Shown here: positions 26,657-37,040 of the stretch, piece by piece | Layout of the letters: the number at the start of each line of letters is the position of its first letter | Numbering within the stretch: the stretch's first letter is position 1 | DNA from: a virus | Length of the DNA stretch: 64,000 nt | Strand: one strand, 5' to 3' | Virus record (IMG/VR): IMGVR_UViG_3300045685_000034 | Span: 4,507 to 68,506 of that record | Translations under genes and position numbers: made by a program | The notes under the pieces: generated by a model | Seen by the model: only the letters and a program-made list of their open reading frames with translations | The model's database searches: none | What the model was told of the DNA's origin: nothing

Positions 26657-27010
26657 ATGAATCTTGATATTAACGGAAAAGTTATCGAAGTGAAGTTCAC
26701 CATTGGAGCGATTGAAGCGTTAGATCGTGTTTATGAAGTTCAAAATGGCGGAGCTAAATTCGGCATGGGAGTTAGTTCGTCATTAGTTTATTTGCAACAG
26801 TATAACCCTGTTGTTCTTCGAAATATTATTGAAGCTTTACAAGTAGACAAGGCAAAAGTTGGGCGTTCAGAAATTGAAGCATGGCTGATGTCGCAGGATA
26901 TCGAAAAGCTTTCGGAGGAAATGATTGATGAATTGGGAAAGCAGGACTTAACCAAAGCAATGATCAAGAAGTTGAAAAAACAAGCGGCGAAGGTAGCAAA
27001 ACAAAAATAA
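26657..27010 (+). CDS. tail assembly chaperone
   Basis: EVKFTIGAIEALD; position after the major tail gene. Confidence 0.82.
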   Translation: MNLDINGKVIEVKFTIGAIEALDRVYEVQNGGAKFGMGVSSSLVYLQQYNPVVLRNIIEALQVDKAKVGRSEIEAWLMSQDIEKLSEEMIDELGKQDLTKAMIKKLKKQAAKVAKQK

Positions 27011-27390
27011 CTAAAACAAGCCGTCAATTTTATGAAGACTTGGCGATTAATGCTTTTCGTTTTCTGGGTTGTAAATCGTTTAAAGAGATCAATCAGATGA
27101 CCTTGCGAGAATTTGAGTTGCGAATGATTGCTTTCAAGCTTTCTCAAGTTGACGAGGATATGAAGCGTCATGAGCAAGCCTTTTTAAATAACTCTGTAAG
27201 GGCTAGAGATAATAAAGGTAACGCAATTTATAAGGAGTTCATCGATTTTTATGATTACGAAGAACGAATTAATGAAGCCTTAAAAGGTACTGATCTTCAT
27301 AAAAGCAAATTAGACGAAAAACGAATCAATGAGTTGAAACAGATTGCTAGGAACCTTCGTGAGTTTAGAGAGGGGAGGGGGACGATATAG
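26998..27390 (+). CDS. tail chaperone extension, probably reached by -1 frameshift
   Basis: -1 frame open across ...AAA CAA AAA TAA; MTLREFELRMIAFKL. Confidence 0.7.
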   Translation, partial: KTKITKTSRQFYEDLAINAFRFLGCKSFKEINQMTLREFELRMIAFKLSQVDEDMKRHEQAFLNNSVRARDNKGNAIYKEFIDFYDYEERINEALKGTDLHKSKLDEKRINELKQIARNLREFREGRGTI

Positions 27391-29675
27391 CAGAAACATT
27401 TTCAGTTGAGGCTTACCTGAAGGCGACTGACAGCGGATTTGTCCAGACATTCAAGGATGCTCAATCTGCAGTCGAAACCTTCGAAAAAGACTCAAATAGT
27501 ACGATGATGGCCGTTGGATCTACTATGCAAAGTGCTGGGAAGTCGATGACAAAACTGCTTACGGTGCCAATACTTGGTGCTGGTGTTGCTGCTGCAAAAA
27601 TTGGCGGTGACTTTGAAGAACAAATGAGTCGTGTAAAAGCGATCTCTGGGGCGACTGGGGATTCTTTTGAACAACTGAAACAGCAGGCGATTGATCTAGG
27701 TGCGAAAACGGCTTTTAGTGCGAAAGAATCCGCAGCAGGTATGGAAAACCTAGCCTCTGCAGGGTTCGATGCAAATGAGATCATGGCCGCCATGCCTGGT
27801 CTTTTAGACTTAGCAGCTGTTTCTGGTGGCGATGTGGCTTTGGCATCTGAGAATGCAGCAACAGCTTTGCGAGGATTTGGACTTGAGGCAAGTCAAGCAG
27901 GTCATGTTGCGGACGTGTTTGCACGTGCGGCAGCTGACACGAATGCTGAGGTTGCAGATATGGGAGAAGCGATGAAATATATCGCTCCAGTAGCAAATGC
28001 GATGGGAATTTCGCTTGAAGAGGCATCCGCAGCGATTGGTATCATGTCTGATGCTGGTATTAAAGGATCACAAGCAGGGACATCACTTCGTGGAGCCTTA
28101 TCTCGTTTAGCAAAACCAACTGACCCAATGATCGCAAAAATGGATGAGTTAGGTTTGAGTTTCTATGATGCTGAAGGCAACATGAAATCACTAGAGCATC
28201 AAATTGGCATGTTGCAACACGCTTTCCAAGGATTAACACCAGAACAACAGCAAAACGCATTAGTGACTCTTTACGGGCAAGAATCGCTATCAGGAATGAT
28301 GGCATTAATTGAAAAGGGACCAAATGCAATAAATGAATTAACTAACTCATTAAAGAATTCAAATGGTGCTGCTGATGAAATGGCTCGGACAATGCAAGAC
28401 AACATGAACTCATCTATTGAACAAATGATGGGAGCTTTTGAGTCTGCTGCAATAGTAATTCAAGAAATCATGGCACCAGCAATTCGAGGTGTTGCGGATA
28501 CAATTGGTGGATTAGTAGAAAAGTTCGTTAATGCACCGGAGCCTATTCAAAAAATGGCACTGGCAATCGCTGCTTTAGTAGCTGCGATTGGCCCTCTGCT
28601 TTTTGTCGGAGGATCAATGCTCGTATGGTTCGCAAAGCTTAAAGTTGCAGTCGGATTCCTTTCCACTTCATTCCCAGCTTTAGGTGGGGTATTTACAGCT
28701 CTAACCGGACCGATTGGAATAGTAATCGCGATCATTGCTGCATTAGTTGGAGCGTTTATTTTTGCTTGGAACACCAGCGAAGGTTTTCGGAATGCTGTCA
28801 CAACGATTTGGGAATCTATAAAAAATACAATTTCATTTGCTGTTCAAACCGTATCAAACACGATCCAACGAATTTTTGGCGGTGTCGTTGCTTGGTGGAA
28901 AGCTAATAACGAGGAAATCGCTGCTGCAGTAAATACGATTTGGAATGGAAAAATCGGTCAATTTATTCGAAATGCTATGGGTGTGATTCAAGGCATCGTT
29001 GTTGGAGTATGGACTGCGATTAAAGGAATAACCGAAGGGATTTGGACAGCAATTTCGGCAGTGATCGAAGGAGCTCTACGAGTAATCCAAGGCTTGATCA
29101 AGTTTATTCTCGGTATACTTTCAGGGGATTGGTCGATGGCTTGGGAAGGAATGGTGGAAGCCGCGTCTGGAATTTTATATGGACTCGGCGGCATCGTTGT
29201 TGGCGCTTTAGAAGCGGTAATCGGTGTTGTTAGAGGATTTTTCTCTACTTTCAAAAATGCGGGTTGGAATCTGGTCAAGATGATTGCTGATGGAATTTGG
29301 TCAGCAATTAGTTTGCCGGCTAAGGCTATCAATGCGGTTGTTTCAAAAGTTCGTAAATATTTACCATTCTCTCCAGCTAAAGAAGGACCACTTAGCGATT
29401 TAGATAAGTTGAATTTTGGCGGAACAATCTCAACAGGGATTTACTCTGGACAAGATGAGATTAATCGCGCGATGGCATCAGTTTTAGACATTCCTGCGCT
29501 TGCAAATTTAAACGCAAGTTTAGGTGTGAAGCACACTGTCACAAGAAACGAAAACCAGTCAACGAAACAACCAGCTGTAATTAAACTTCGTTTAGGCAAG
29601 CAAGAGTTTAGTGCGTTTGTTCAGGATATTTCAGACGAACAAGGAGATGTAGCAGATCTCAACTTATTATTTTAG
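27387..29675 (+). CDS. tape measure protein (apparent ATA start at 27387)
   Basis: TP901-type core (FEEQMSRVKAISGA..GIKGSQAGTSLR); in-frame (I)AETFSVEAYLKATD right after a strong RBS. Confidence 0.9.
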   Translation: MAETFSVEAYLKATDSGFVQTFKDAQSAVETFEKDSNSTMMAVGSTMQSAGKSMTKLLTVPILGAGVAAAKIGGDFEEQMSRVKAISGATGDSFEQLKQQAIDLGAKTAFSAKESAAGMENLASAGFDANEIMAAMPGLLDLAAVSGGDVALASENAATALRGFGLEASQAGHVADVFARAAADTNAEVADMGEAMKYIAPVANAMGISLEEASAAIGIMSDAGIKGSQAGTSLRGALSRLAKPTDPMIAKMDELGLSFYDAEGNMKSLEHQIGMLQHAFQGLTPEQQQNALVTLYGQESLSGMMALIEKGPNAINELTNSLKNSNGAADEMARTMQDNMNSSIEQMMGAFESAAIVIQEIMAPAIRGVADTIGGLVEKFVNAPEPIQKMALAIAALVAAIGPLLFVGGSMLVWFAKLKVAVGFLSTSFPALGGVFTALTGPIGIVIAIIAALVGAFIFAWNTSEGFRNAVTTIWESIKNTISFAVQTVSNTIQRIFGGVVAWWKANNEEIAAAVNTIWNGKIGQFIRNAMGVIQGIVVGVWTAIKGITEGIWTAISAVIEGALRVIQGLIKFILGILSGDWSMAWEGMVEAASGILYGLGGIVVGALEAVIGVVRGFFSTFKNAGWNLVKMIADGIWSAISLPAKAINAVVSKVRKYLPFSPAKEGPLSDLDKLNFGGTISTGIYSGQDEINRAMASVLDIPALANLNASLGVKHTVTRNENQSTKQPAVIKLRLGKQEFSAFVQDISDEQGDVADLNLLF

Positions 29676-29689
29676 AAGGAGGATGAAGC

Positions 29690-30475
29690 GTGGAAGAATG
29701 GGAAAATCCAATGTATCAATTTAGAGACACAACGAAACGACCCGCTTACAAATCGTGGATTCCGACTTCTGCGATGATATACGGCGGTACAATGATTGAA
29801 AAAATTATTCCCGGATACCAGACACTATTCGTGGAAGGTCGCGAAATGCTGTCACTTGATTTGGAATCCGAGAAGAAGAATGTAGGGGTTCATATATCAG
29901 CACAGCGATTACCTGAACGCTCATTGATAATACACTACAAACTAACAGAGTCTAATCCAGTTGAGTTTCAGCGAAGCTTCAAAAAGCTGATGCGAGTTTT
30001 ATACAAACAAGAAGATGTCGAGATTCATTTTAATGATGAACTCGACACTTTTTATTATGGCCGCTACTCTGCTGCAGAAAAAGTTCCAGGGAATACTGAC
30101 AGCGTAGTTTCTAGTTACACAATTACTTGTCCAGATCCGCGAAAGTATTCAAGACAATTTGAAACAAACGGAGAAATATTCGAGTATATTCCTTACGACT
30201 CTATTCCAGATTCAATAAGCTTTACTGCATCAAAAGACAACAGCGTCAAAGTGACGAACGGTCGACAAATAATTAGCATTTCAAATGCGGCTCTTAAAAA
30301 AGGCGATCGTGTCGAAATGTTAATCCGCGAGGGGAAAATACTGATCAACGGAGAGAACAAAACAAGAGTCCTTGATCTGACTAGCCCATTCAAAAGTTTC
30401 ACTGTACGAACAGGAGAAGTTATCAAAAGTGACAACGGTACTCCTTTGATTAAGTATCGAGGAGTGTGGTTTTAG
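29690..30475 (+). CDS. distal tail protein (Dit)
   Basis: Follows TMP; YTITCPDPRKYS. Confidence 0.85.
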   Translation: MEEWENPMYQFRDTTKRPAYKSWIPTSAMIYGGTMIEKIIPGYQTLFVEGREMLSLDLESEKKNVGVHISAQRLPERSLIIHYKLTESNPVEFQRSFKKLMRVLYKQEDVEIHFNDELDTFYYGRYSAAEKVPGNTDSVVSSYTITCPDPRKYSRQFETNGEIFEYIPYDSIPDSISFTASKDNSVKVTNGRQIISISNAALKKGDRVEMLIREGKILINGENKTRVLDLTSPFKSFTVRTGEVIKSDNGTPLIKYRGVWF

Positions 30476-33354
30476 TGGAAAGTTTCGATAAAGATGTCTT
30501 TTTTTTTGATGACAATCAAAAACTCATCAAAGTAGTAGGTGAAGAAAATTTATTCTCGAATATTCAAGAGATGGAAATCACACCAAACAAAGAAGAATTG
30601 ATCAATGATAAATTGTCGGTCAGCACCGAGTTTGATGAAGAAATTAAAGATGCAGTTTATATGGCGGTTCGCGAAAGCGAGTCGTCTTTTTCTATGTACA
30701 AAATAGCAGGGATTGCTGATCCAGGTTCACTATTAATCTTTACTGGGGTTAATTTCGGACCTGATGAGCTTGAAGGTTACATCATCAATGATATTCGACC
30801 TGCGAATGAGTTCTTTCAAAAAACTATCCAACGAATCATTGACTATACGCTAGGAGAGTGGCGTGTTGGTTATTTGGACTCGACGCTTCCTAAAGTCTCA
30901 ATGAATTTCTATTACTGCAGTGTTCGAGAAGCACTGAAAATGCTCCAAACTTTGGGTTGCGAGATTCTTTTTAAATGCAATCTTACTGGTGAAGGAATCA
31001 CTGACAAGTGGATAGAAGTCCATCGGCAAATCGGTGAATACAGTAATGAACGATACGATTACGGCGATAAAGCTTTAACAATTGAAAAAGAAGTCAACCG
31101 AAGTAATTTATTTACTTCTTTAATTGGGAGAGGTAAAGGAGAAGAAGTGGGGGACGGTTATGGTCGCCGCATTGAGTTTGATCAAGTCTATTGGTCTAAG
31201 TCAAAAGGTGATCCGCTCAACAAACCGACAGGTCAAATCAATTTGGAAATTTCTGAAATGACCGCAAAGTACGGTATTCCAACAAAAAATGGAAAACGTC
31301 GCAAACGAGAAAAAGTAGTCATTTTTGAAGACTGCGAGGAACCGAATGAACTGATTCAGCTCACCTATCAAGAACTGGTGAACTGCTCAAGACCGCTCGT
31401 TCAATTCAAGTCGACTATTTTTGGCGCGGATAAGTTAGGTAATACTATACGGATTCATCGAGAAGATCGCGGCTATCACTATGAAACACGAATCTTCAGC
31501 GTGAAGATTAACCGTTTAACCGGGAAAGTAGATACAGGATTAGGCGACAATTTGAATAATTCTGCTACTCGTCAAGCGTCTAATGTTCAGAACTCCTTGC
31601 AGACTCTGGATGATACTAAAATGACCTTTTATGAATCTACCGAAGTGTCCAAGTTTCAATCTGATATTATCCGCGGTGCAAAAGGCGGATCAATTATCAT
31701 GATGAACCCATCCGATACAGGAAAAGGAACTTCAAGGCAGCCTTATCAGATGGTTTGGATGAATGGCGATTCGATTGCCACTTCTAATCATTTTCTTGTT
31801 GCGAATTCGGAAGGTATCGGCTTCATTGATGGAAAGTTTAACGAAGCCAATTTCAAGACCGCATGGACCATTGACGGTAATTTCAATGCGAACTATATCC
31901 AGTCAGGGCGTATTAGGGCTGATATTTTTGAAACTTCATTTAATGCTGTGGGTGATCAATTAAAGCTCGTAAAAGGTGCATTGCAGGTCGTTAACAGTAA
32001 TAAAAAAATAATGGAGCTAACGAAAAAAGGAATGCAGTTTTGGAGTGGTACCAAAGAAATTGGAACGATCGGAACAACGGACTCTGCCGGCAATCCATTC
32101 CCTGATGCTTCAACGCCAACACCAATTCCTGATAACGCACTGGTAATCCGAACTGAAGGCAGCGGAAAGTACATTTTAATATCACCAAACAAAGGCAAAG
32201 GATTTATCATGCTCGCAAACGGAACCACTATTCATAACGGTGATATGAATATTCAAGGCAAGTTGCGAGTATTTGGTGATTTAGATGTTCAAGGCAAACT
32301 AACCATCAAAGGTCAGGAAGTGTTTCCTGGTCAGGGTGGTGGTACTGATCCGGGAGGGGGCTGGAACGGAGAATACCCACCAGGAGTAACTTCTCAAGCT
32401 GACAAGTTTGCTTGGGAACTATGGGTAATCCTTCTGTCTAAAGGGTACTCCAAAGCAGCTGCTGCAGGTATCTTGGGTAACGTTCAAGGTGAAGCAGGTG
32501 TTTCCATGAATCCGGATATTGCTCAAATCGGCGGGCCTGCCTACGGAATTGTCCAATGGGATGGGAGTGCCTATCCACTTGTTGGTTCTCCTACTTACGA
32601 TGGCCGGACCTATGTCCAACGTTTAATGGCTGCAGCTGGTATCACAGAGGATTATCGAACAATGGCTGCTCAAGGTAAGTTGTTAGATTGGACGATGTAC
32701 AACGGCCAGTGGTTAGGAATCGTTCAACCAACTACTCAAGCAGCATTCAAAGCAATCACTGATCCGTCTCAAGCAGCGTATGCATTTGAAAGAAACTATG
32801 AACGACCAGCAAATACACACCCTGAGCGTCAAGGATGGGCGGTAAATTGGTACAACAAGTTCAAAGATTTGGAAATTTCATCTGGTGGCGGTGGAAGTAT
32901 TTTATCTACTGCGAAAAGTTTACTAGGTTATTTTCATTATTCTATGCCATTAAGAACGCAATTTGGTTCTGTTGAAAATCCAGACAGGAACGGCTATGCC
33001 GATTGTTCTTCGTTCGTTTGGCTGGTTTTAACAAAAGCTGGGTATCGTACGCCACCAGGAGTTGGCTGGTACACAGGTTCCATGACAAGTGATGCACGTG
33101 GTGCTAGAAACTGGCTTACTGAGATTCCTCAAAGCCAAGGAAAAGCCGGAGACGTGTTGATTGTAAACCAAGGTGGCGGAGCTGGATCAAATGGACATAC
33201 TGCGATTCTAGCCGAGGATTGGCACGGCTATACTACATCCATTATCGAGATGGGCGGAATGCAATCTGGCGGTGTCGGAGTAGGACGCGTAGATATGTCG
33301 TTTGGTTGGTTATTAAATGGTGGCGATGTATGTATAGCAAGAGCGAAGAAATAG
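30466..33354 (+). CDS. tail-associated lysin / minor structural protein with lysozyme-like and NlpC/P60-like domains
   Basis: AAAGILGNVQGE..GIVQWD..FERNYERP; DCSSFV..GHT. Confidence 0.88.
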   Translation: MVLVESFDKDVFFFDDNQKLIKVVGEENLFSNIQEMEITPNKEELINDKLSVSTEFDEEIKDAVYMAVRESESSFSMYKIAGIADPGSLLIFTGVNFGPDELEGYIINDIRPANEFFQKTIQRIIDYTLGEWRVGYLDSTLPKVSMNFYYCSVREALKMLQTLGCEILFKCNLTGEGITDKWIEVHRQIGEYSNERYDYGDKALTIEKEVNRSNLFTSLIGRGKGEEVGDGYGRRIEFDQVYWSKSKGDPLNKPTGQINLEISEMTAKYGIPTKNGKRRKREKVVIFEDCEEPNELIQLTYQELVNCSRPLVQFKSTIFGADKLGNTIRIHREDRGYHYETRIFSVKINRLTGKVDTGLGDNLNNSATRQASNVQNSLQTLDDTKMTFYESTEVSKFQSDIIRGAKGGSIIMMNPSDTGKGTSRQPYQMVWMNGDSIATSNHFLVANSEGIGFIDGKFNEANFKTAWTIDGNFNANYIQSGRIRADIFETSFNAVGDQLKLVKGALQVVNSNKKIMELTKKGMQFWSGTKEIGTIGTTDSAGNPFPDASTPTPIPDNALVIRTEGSGKYILISPNKGKGFIMLANGTTIHNGDMNIQGKLRVFGDLDVQGKLTIKGQEVFPGQGGGTDPGGGWNGEYPPGVTSQADKFAWELWVILLSKGYSKAAAAGILGNVQGEAGVSMNPDIAQIGGPAYGIVQWDGSAYPLVGSPTYDGRTYVQRLMAAAGITEDYRTMAAQGKLLDWTMYNGQWLGIVQPTTQAAFKAITDPSQAAYAFERNYERPANTHPERQGWAVNWYNKFKDLEISSGGGGSILSTAKSLLGYFHYSMPLRTQFGSVENPDRNGYADCSSFVWLVLTKAGYRTPPGVGWYTGSMTSDARGARNWLTEIPQSQGKAGDVLIVNQGGGAGSNGHTAILAEDWHGYTTSIIEMGGMQSGGVGVGRVDMSFGWLLNGGDVCIARAKK

Positions 33355-33364
33355 AGGTGATTGC

Positions 33365-33871
33365 GTGATAGATAGAAAAGGATTGAATCATTTAAAAAGT
33401 TTGATGAATCAGCCAGTTGGCAATCATCAATGTTATGCGCTTAGTGCGGAATACGCTGGTGTAATGATCGGACCAGATATGGGAGCTGGTACAAAGTATG
33501 AAATCAAAGTGAGGTATGGCAATGTTTTTTCTGCTGCTGATATTGGTTCTGCTTACCAATGGCCGCTTTATCTTTGGTCAGTAATCGAAGAACCCAGCTA
33601 CGATCAACTAGTAGTCGGAGCGATTATTAATTGGAAGCGCGGAGCAAAGGTAGCAAATTGGTGCGCATCACAAACCTTTGGGCACACAGGTGTAATCAGG
33701 GGGCTTGAAAATGATCGTATTCAAACCTATGAACAAAACGCTGAATCAGGGGAGATTGTTGCTGAATACGATCGAGAGTTTTTTGACTCTGATCAAATCG
33801 CATCTATTTGTATTCCACCTGATTTTGAGAAAGGAGTGATGAACATATGGCAAAATGGAACGTTTCACTAA
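33365..33871 (+). CDS. CHAP-domain protein
   Basis: HQCYAL, FGHTGVI, YEQN. Confidence 0.82.
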   Translation: MIDRKGLNHLKSLMNQPVGNHQCYALSAEYAGVMIGPDMGAGTKYEIKVRYGNVFSAADIGSAYQWPLYLWSVIEEPSYDQLVVGAIINWKRGAKVANWCASQTFGHTGVIRGLENDRIQTYEQNAESGEIVAEYDREFFDSDQIASICIPPDFEKGVMNIWQNGTFH

Positions 33872-34755
33872 GCACAACTGATAGCTTCAATTATGTTGGC
33901 ATTATGACAGTTCGAAATGGTAACCGGAGTTCAGAAGTCATGGAAGCCCTGATCACTGAGAATGGTAAACCATATGACCTGACAGGATGTAAAGTCTACT
34001 TTGAAGCAATTTTGACTAATGACTCTGCGGTGCAGCGATCAGCAAAAATCATCGATGCGAAGAACGGTAAAGTACAGTACACGTTCGATGAGTATTCAAT
34101 GCAGGCTATTCATAAACAAACGGCGAACCTAGTCTTTTACAAAGGCGATGATTTGATTGCTACCACTCAAGACTTCACTTATTTTGTCGTTCGTGCTGTT
34201 TCAAAAACAGAAGGTGAAATGGGGTCTTACTGGCAGACTGTTGAAGATTTGATCATCGACATGATTGCTTTCCTCAATGAAAACAAGGGTGACTTCACTG
34301 ATTGGATGAACGATCGAAAGAAAGAGTTTGAGACTTGGAGCAAATATCAAAAAGAAACTTTTGAATCATGGCGAGCAGGTCAAGAATCAGATTACCTTCT
34401 TTGGTTTGAATCAATCAAAGACATCCTGAAGGGGATTGATCCCGGTGGAACGATGTTGGCGGAGTTGATGGATGCATGTGTGGATATTCAAGGAACACGG
34501 CACAATTCTATTTCAGAACGCTTATTGGCTGATGCTGAATACTTATATAAAAAACTTAGAGCATCCCTTTTCACAATTGATTATGGGGAAATCGAAGTCG
34601 TGGATATTCTGCAAGATGATGTCTTTTCCGATAATCATGAGGTTGAAAAAATCGGAACAGTGAACAATGTGAATGAAGAAGGTGCTCTGGTGATCGCGAC
34701 TATTGATGATCCAAAGCAAAACGTATTCACTCTTGAGAAAGTTGGGGTGATATAA
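33847..34755 (+). CDS. BppU-family upper baseplate protein
   Basis: VRNGNRSS..LITENGKPYDLTG..KNGKVQYTF. Confidence 0.85.
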   Translation: MAKWNVSLSTTDSFNYVGIMTVRNGNRSSEVMEALITENGKPYDLTGCKVYFEAILTNDSAVQRSAKIIDAKNGKVQYTFDEYSMQAIHKQTANLVFYKGDDLIATTQDFTYFVVRAVSKTEGEMGSYWQTVEDLIIDMIAFLNENKGDFTDWMNDRKKEFETWSKYQKETFESWRAGQESDYLLWFESIKDILKGIDPGGTMLAELMDACVDIQGTRHNSISERLLADAEYLYKKLRASLFTIDYGEIEVVDILQDDVFSDNHEVEKIGTVNNVNEEGALVIATIDDPKQNVFTLEKVGVI

Positions 34756-34757
34756 GA

Positions 34758-35555
34758 ATGGCTAAATCAAAACGCATGATGGAAACTGATGAGAAAACAG
34801 GAGTACAACGTCAGTTTTTCCCAATCACTCATATCTCTGCGATTATCGGACTAGATAAAATTATTTCTGGCCAATCGAAAGTGTTATCTGTAAACGGGAA
34901 AATTGGAGCAGTAGTCATTACTAAAGAAGACCTTGGTCTAGGCAATGCTATCACTGAATTGCCTTACGCCAACGAGATGGAAGATGGGATAATCACTGCT
35001 GAAATGTACCAGAAGATTTTAAATTCTGGGGCAGGTGATTACGTGCTGCCGATTGCTGGCATTGATAAGCTCGGTGGGGTGAAAATCGGTGATTTGCTGA
35101 CCATTGATGAAAAGGGGAAACTTTCAGCGATTAAGCAAACCGATTATAACTTTTCTCTCGAAATAAAACAGAAACTTGATTTTCTCCAAAACTATTCCGC
35201 TGGTCAGAACATCAATATCGATGAAGACGGAGTTATCAGTGCAGTGATTGAGTCCGGAGAAGAGTACAACCTGCCAACAGCTTCTGCTGAAGAAAAAGGT
35301 GGTATTAAAATCGGTGATCGCTTGACTATTGACGAGAATGGAAAATTAAGTGCTGATCCACAATTTAACTATACAGCTGGGGCAAATATTTCTATCTCTA
35401 ACACTGGTGTAATTTCTGCCACTGGTGGCGGTGAGGGCGGCGGAGTGAGCCAAGAATATGTTGACGAAAAAGCATCTGAAGCTTATCAAAGTGCTAAAGC
35501 TTATGCAGACTCTAAGATTCCTAGTATGACGTTTGAAAAGGTAGGGGAGGTTTAA
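34758..35555 (+). CDS. tail fibre / receptor-binding module with internal repeats
   Basis: LP.A....GG.KIGD.LTIDE.GKLSA x2; Y.AG.NI.I...GVISA x2. Confidence 0.75.
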   Translation: MAKSKRMMETDEKTGVQRQFFPITHISAIIGLDKIISGQSKVLSVNGKIGAVVITKEDLGLGNAITELPYANEMEDGIITAEMYQKILNSGAGDYVLPIAGIDKLGGVKIGDLLTIDEKGKLSAIKQTDYNFSLEIKQKLDFLQNYSAGQNINIDEDGVISAVIESGEEYNLPTASAEEKGGIKIGDRLTIDENGKLSADPQFNYTAGANISISNTGVISATGGGEGGGVSQEYVDEKASEAYQSAKAYADSKIPSMTFEKVGEV

Positions 35556-35559
35556 ATAA

Positions 35560-35919
35560 ATGACAGATATTGTAAAAGTGAAACAGGATGGGGCGCAGGT
35601 CTATCTTCAATCACATTGGGAGGCAATCGAAGGCAAACCCACATTACTCAAAGGAGATAAAGGTGATCCGGGAAATGCCGCCACAATAACAGTAGGAACC
35701 GTAACAAGTGGAACGACTGCTTCAGTTACCAATGCAGGTACGACTTCAGCTGCAAAATTCAACTTTGTTCTTCCAAAAGGTGATAAGGGTGATCCTGGAA
35801 CTAATGCTACTACGACTGCTGTTGCAACAACTTCAACAAATGGACTGATGTCGGCTGCGGATAAGACTAAGTTAGACGGATTAAACAATATTACATTTGA
35901 GAAAGTAGGCGAAGTTTAA
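35560..35919 (+). CDS. short tail-fibre module with collagen-like GDKGDPG
   Basis: KGDKGDPG x2, NGLMSAADKTKLDG. Confidence 0.78.
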   Translation: MTDIVKVKQDGAQVYLQSHWEAIEGKPTLLKGDKGDPGNAATITVGTVTSGTTASVTNAGTTSAAKFNFVLPKGDKGDPGTNATTTAVATTSTNGLMSAADKTKLDGLNNITFEKVGEV

Positions 35920-36428
35920 TGGCTGATATTGTACAACTAAAAGAAGACGGCGTAGCTAAATATCTTAAAACACATGTTAATGCTATTGACGGAGTTGATG
36001 GAGTTTTAGTTAAAGCAACCGGAAATGAAACAATTTTAGGAACTAAGAATTTTCAGGACGGGATTCAAGTATCTGGAAAAAATCCAGTTTTGACAAAGCC
36101 TACATTAGACAAAGCTTATATTGATAAGAATAATAATGCATCCGTCGTTGCTGACGGTGCTATGCAGTTGTACCGTAGAGGCGACACAGTATTTTTAACA
36201 GGATCAATTCAATTGTCTGCTAGTAAATATAATCAAGGTTTGTGGTTTGATTTACCAGCTTGGGCAGCTCCACCGGAACATGTCAGAATGTATTTTAATA
36301 CTAGTGAAAAAATGATTCTGCTTTCTTTTAACCCATCAAAATTAAATAATATTGTTTGTGTTGATCAAGTTGCTAAAGATGCCTGGATTACCGGGTCAGC
36401 GTGTTGGCTGGCTAAAAACCCATACTAA
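35919..36428 (+). CDS. tail fibre tip / receptor-binding module
   Basis: GNETILGTKNFQDG, LYRRGDTV. Confidence 0.75.
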   Translation: MADIVQLKEDGVAKYLKTHVNAIDGVDGVLVKATGNETILGTKNFQDGIQVSGKNPVLTKPTLDKAYIDKNNNASVVADGAMQLYRRGDTVFLTGSIQLSASKYNQGLWFDLPAWAAPPEHVRMYFNTSEKMILLSFNPSKLNNIVCVDQVAKDAWITGSACWLAKNPY

Positions 36429-36443
36429 TAAAGGGGGAAATGA

Positions 36444-36854
36444 ATGATGAAAACAATTTTTAAAGTATTATATCCGATTGGTTATGAAATCCATGAGGTA
36501 GAAGATGATTTTCCAACAGCGTTGCCATTTGTGGAAGTCGTTCCGATTTCATTTGATAAAAGAGAAGATGAAACCGAAGAAGATTTCGCTCGCAGACAAC
36601 AATCTCAATTCTTCAACTTCACTGAAAATAAATGGGAAGAAGCAGTCACACAAGATTACTCTAAGAAACTTGAATTATTGGAGAATCTTTCTGCAGGACT
36701 TCAAGTTGATAACACTGCTTTAAAAGAATCAAATGCGGCACTAACTGCTAAAACAGATTCGATGGCGCAACTGAATGCCAAATTAATGCTGAATGATGTC
36801 GCAATCAATAAAGAAATTGAAACGCTAAAAACACAAATCGGAGGTGCTGAATAA
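36444..36854 (+). CDS. tail fibre-associated protein
   Basis: Position; coiled-coil C-terminus. Confidence 0.7.
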   Translation: MMKTIFKVLYPIGYEIHEVEDDFPTALPFVEVVPISFDKREDETEEDFARRQQSQFFNFTENKWEEAVTQDYSKKLELLENLSAGLQVDNTALKESNAALTAKTDSMAQLNAKLMLNDVAINKEIETLKTQIGGAE

Positions 36855-36982
36855 TGTTCACTTACACAGACGTTAAGATGATGTTTGATTGGGGCTGCTT
36901 CACAACGAAGCAAGTAAGGGAGTTTGTTCCTGACTGCATTACTGAAGCACAATTTGAGCGAATTACCGGAGAAGCCTTTTAG
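36854..36982 (+). CDS. XkdX-family protein
   Basis: MFTYTDVKMMFDWG..ITEAQFERITGE. Confidence 0.8.
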   Translation: MFTYTDVKMMFDWGCFTTKQVREFVPDCITEAQFERITGEAF

Positions 36983-37040
36983 GCTTATTTTTTAGCTCAA
37001 TTTTTGGTGAGATTCTATTTTTGTAGGAAGTTGGTGGATT

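Noticed and set aside
27461-29332. Multiple antisense ORFs in the tape measure gene
   Set aside because: Shadows of Ala/Gly/Ile-rich sense codons; no RBS
34758-36428. Diversity-generating retroelement or invertase-driven tail switching
   Set aside because: No reverse transcriptase, TR/VR pair, invertase or inverted fibre copy in the window
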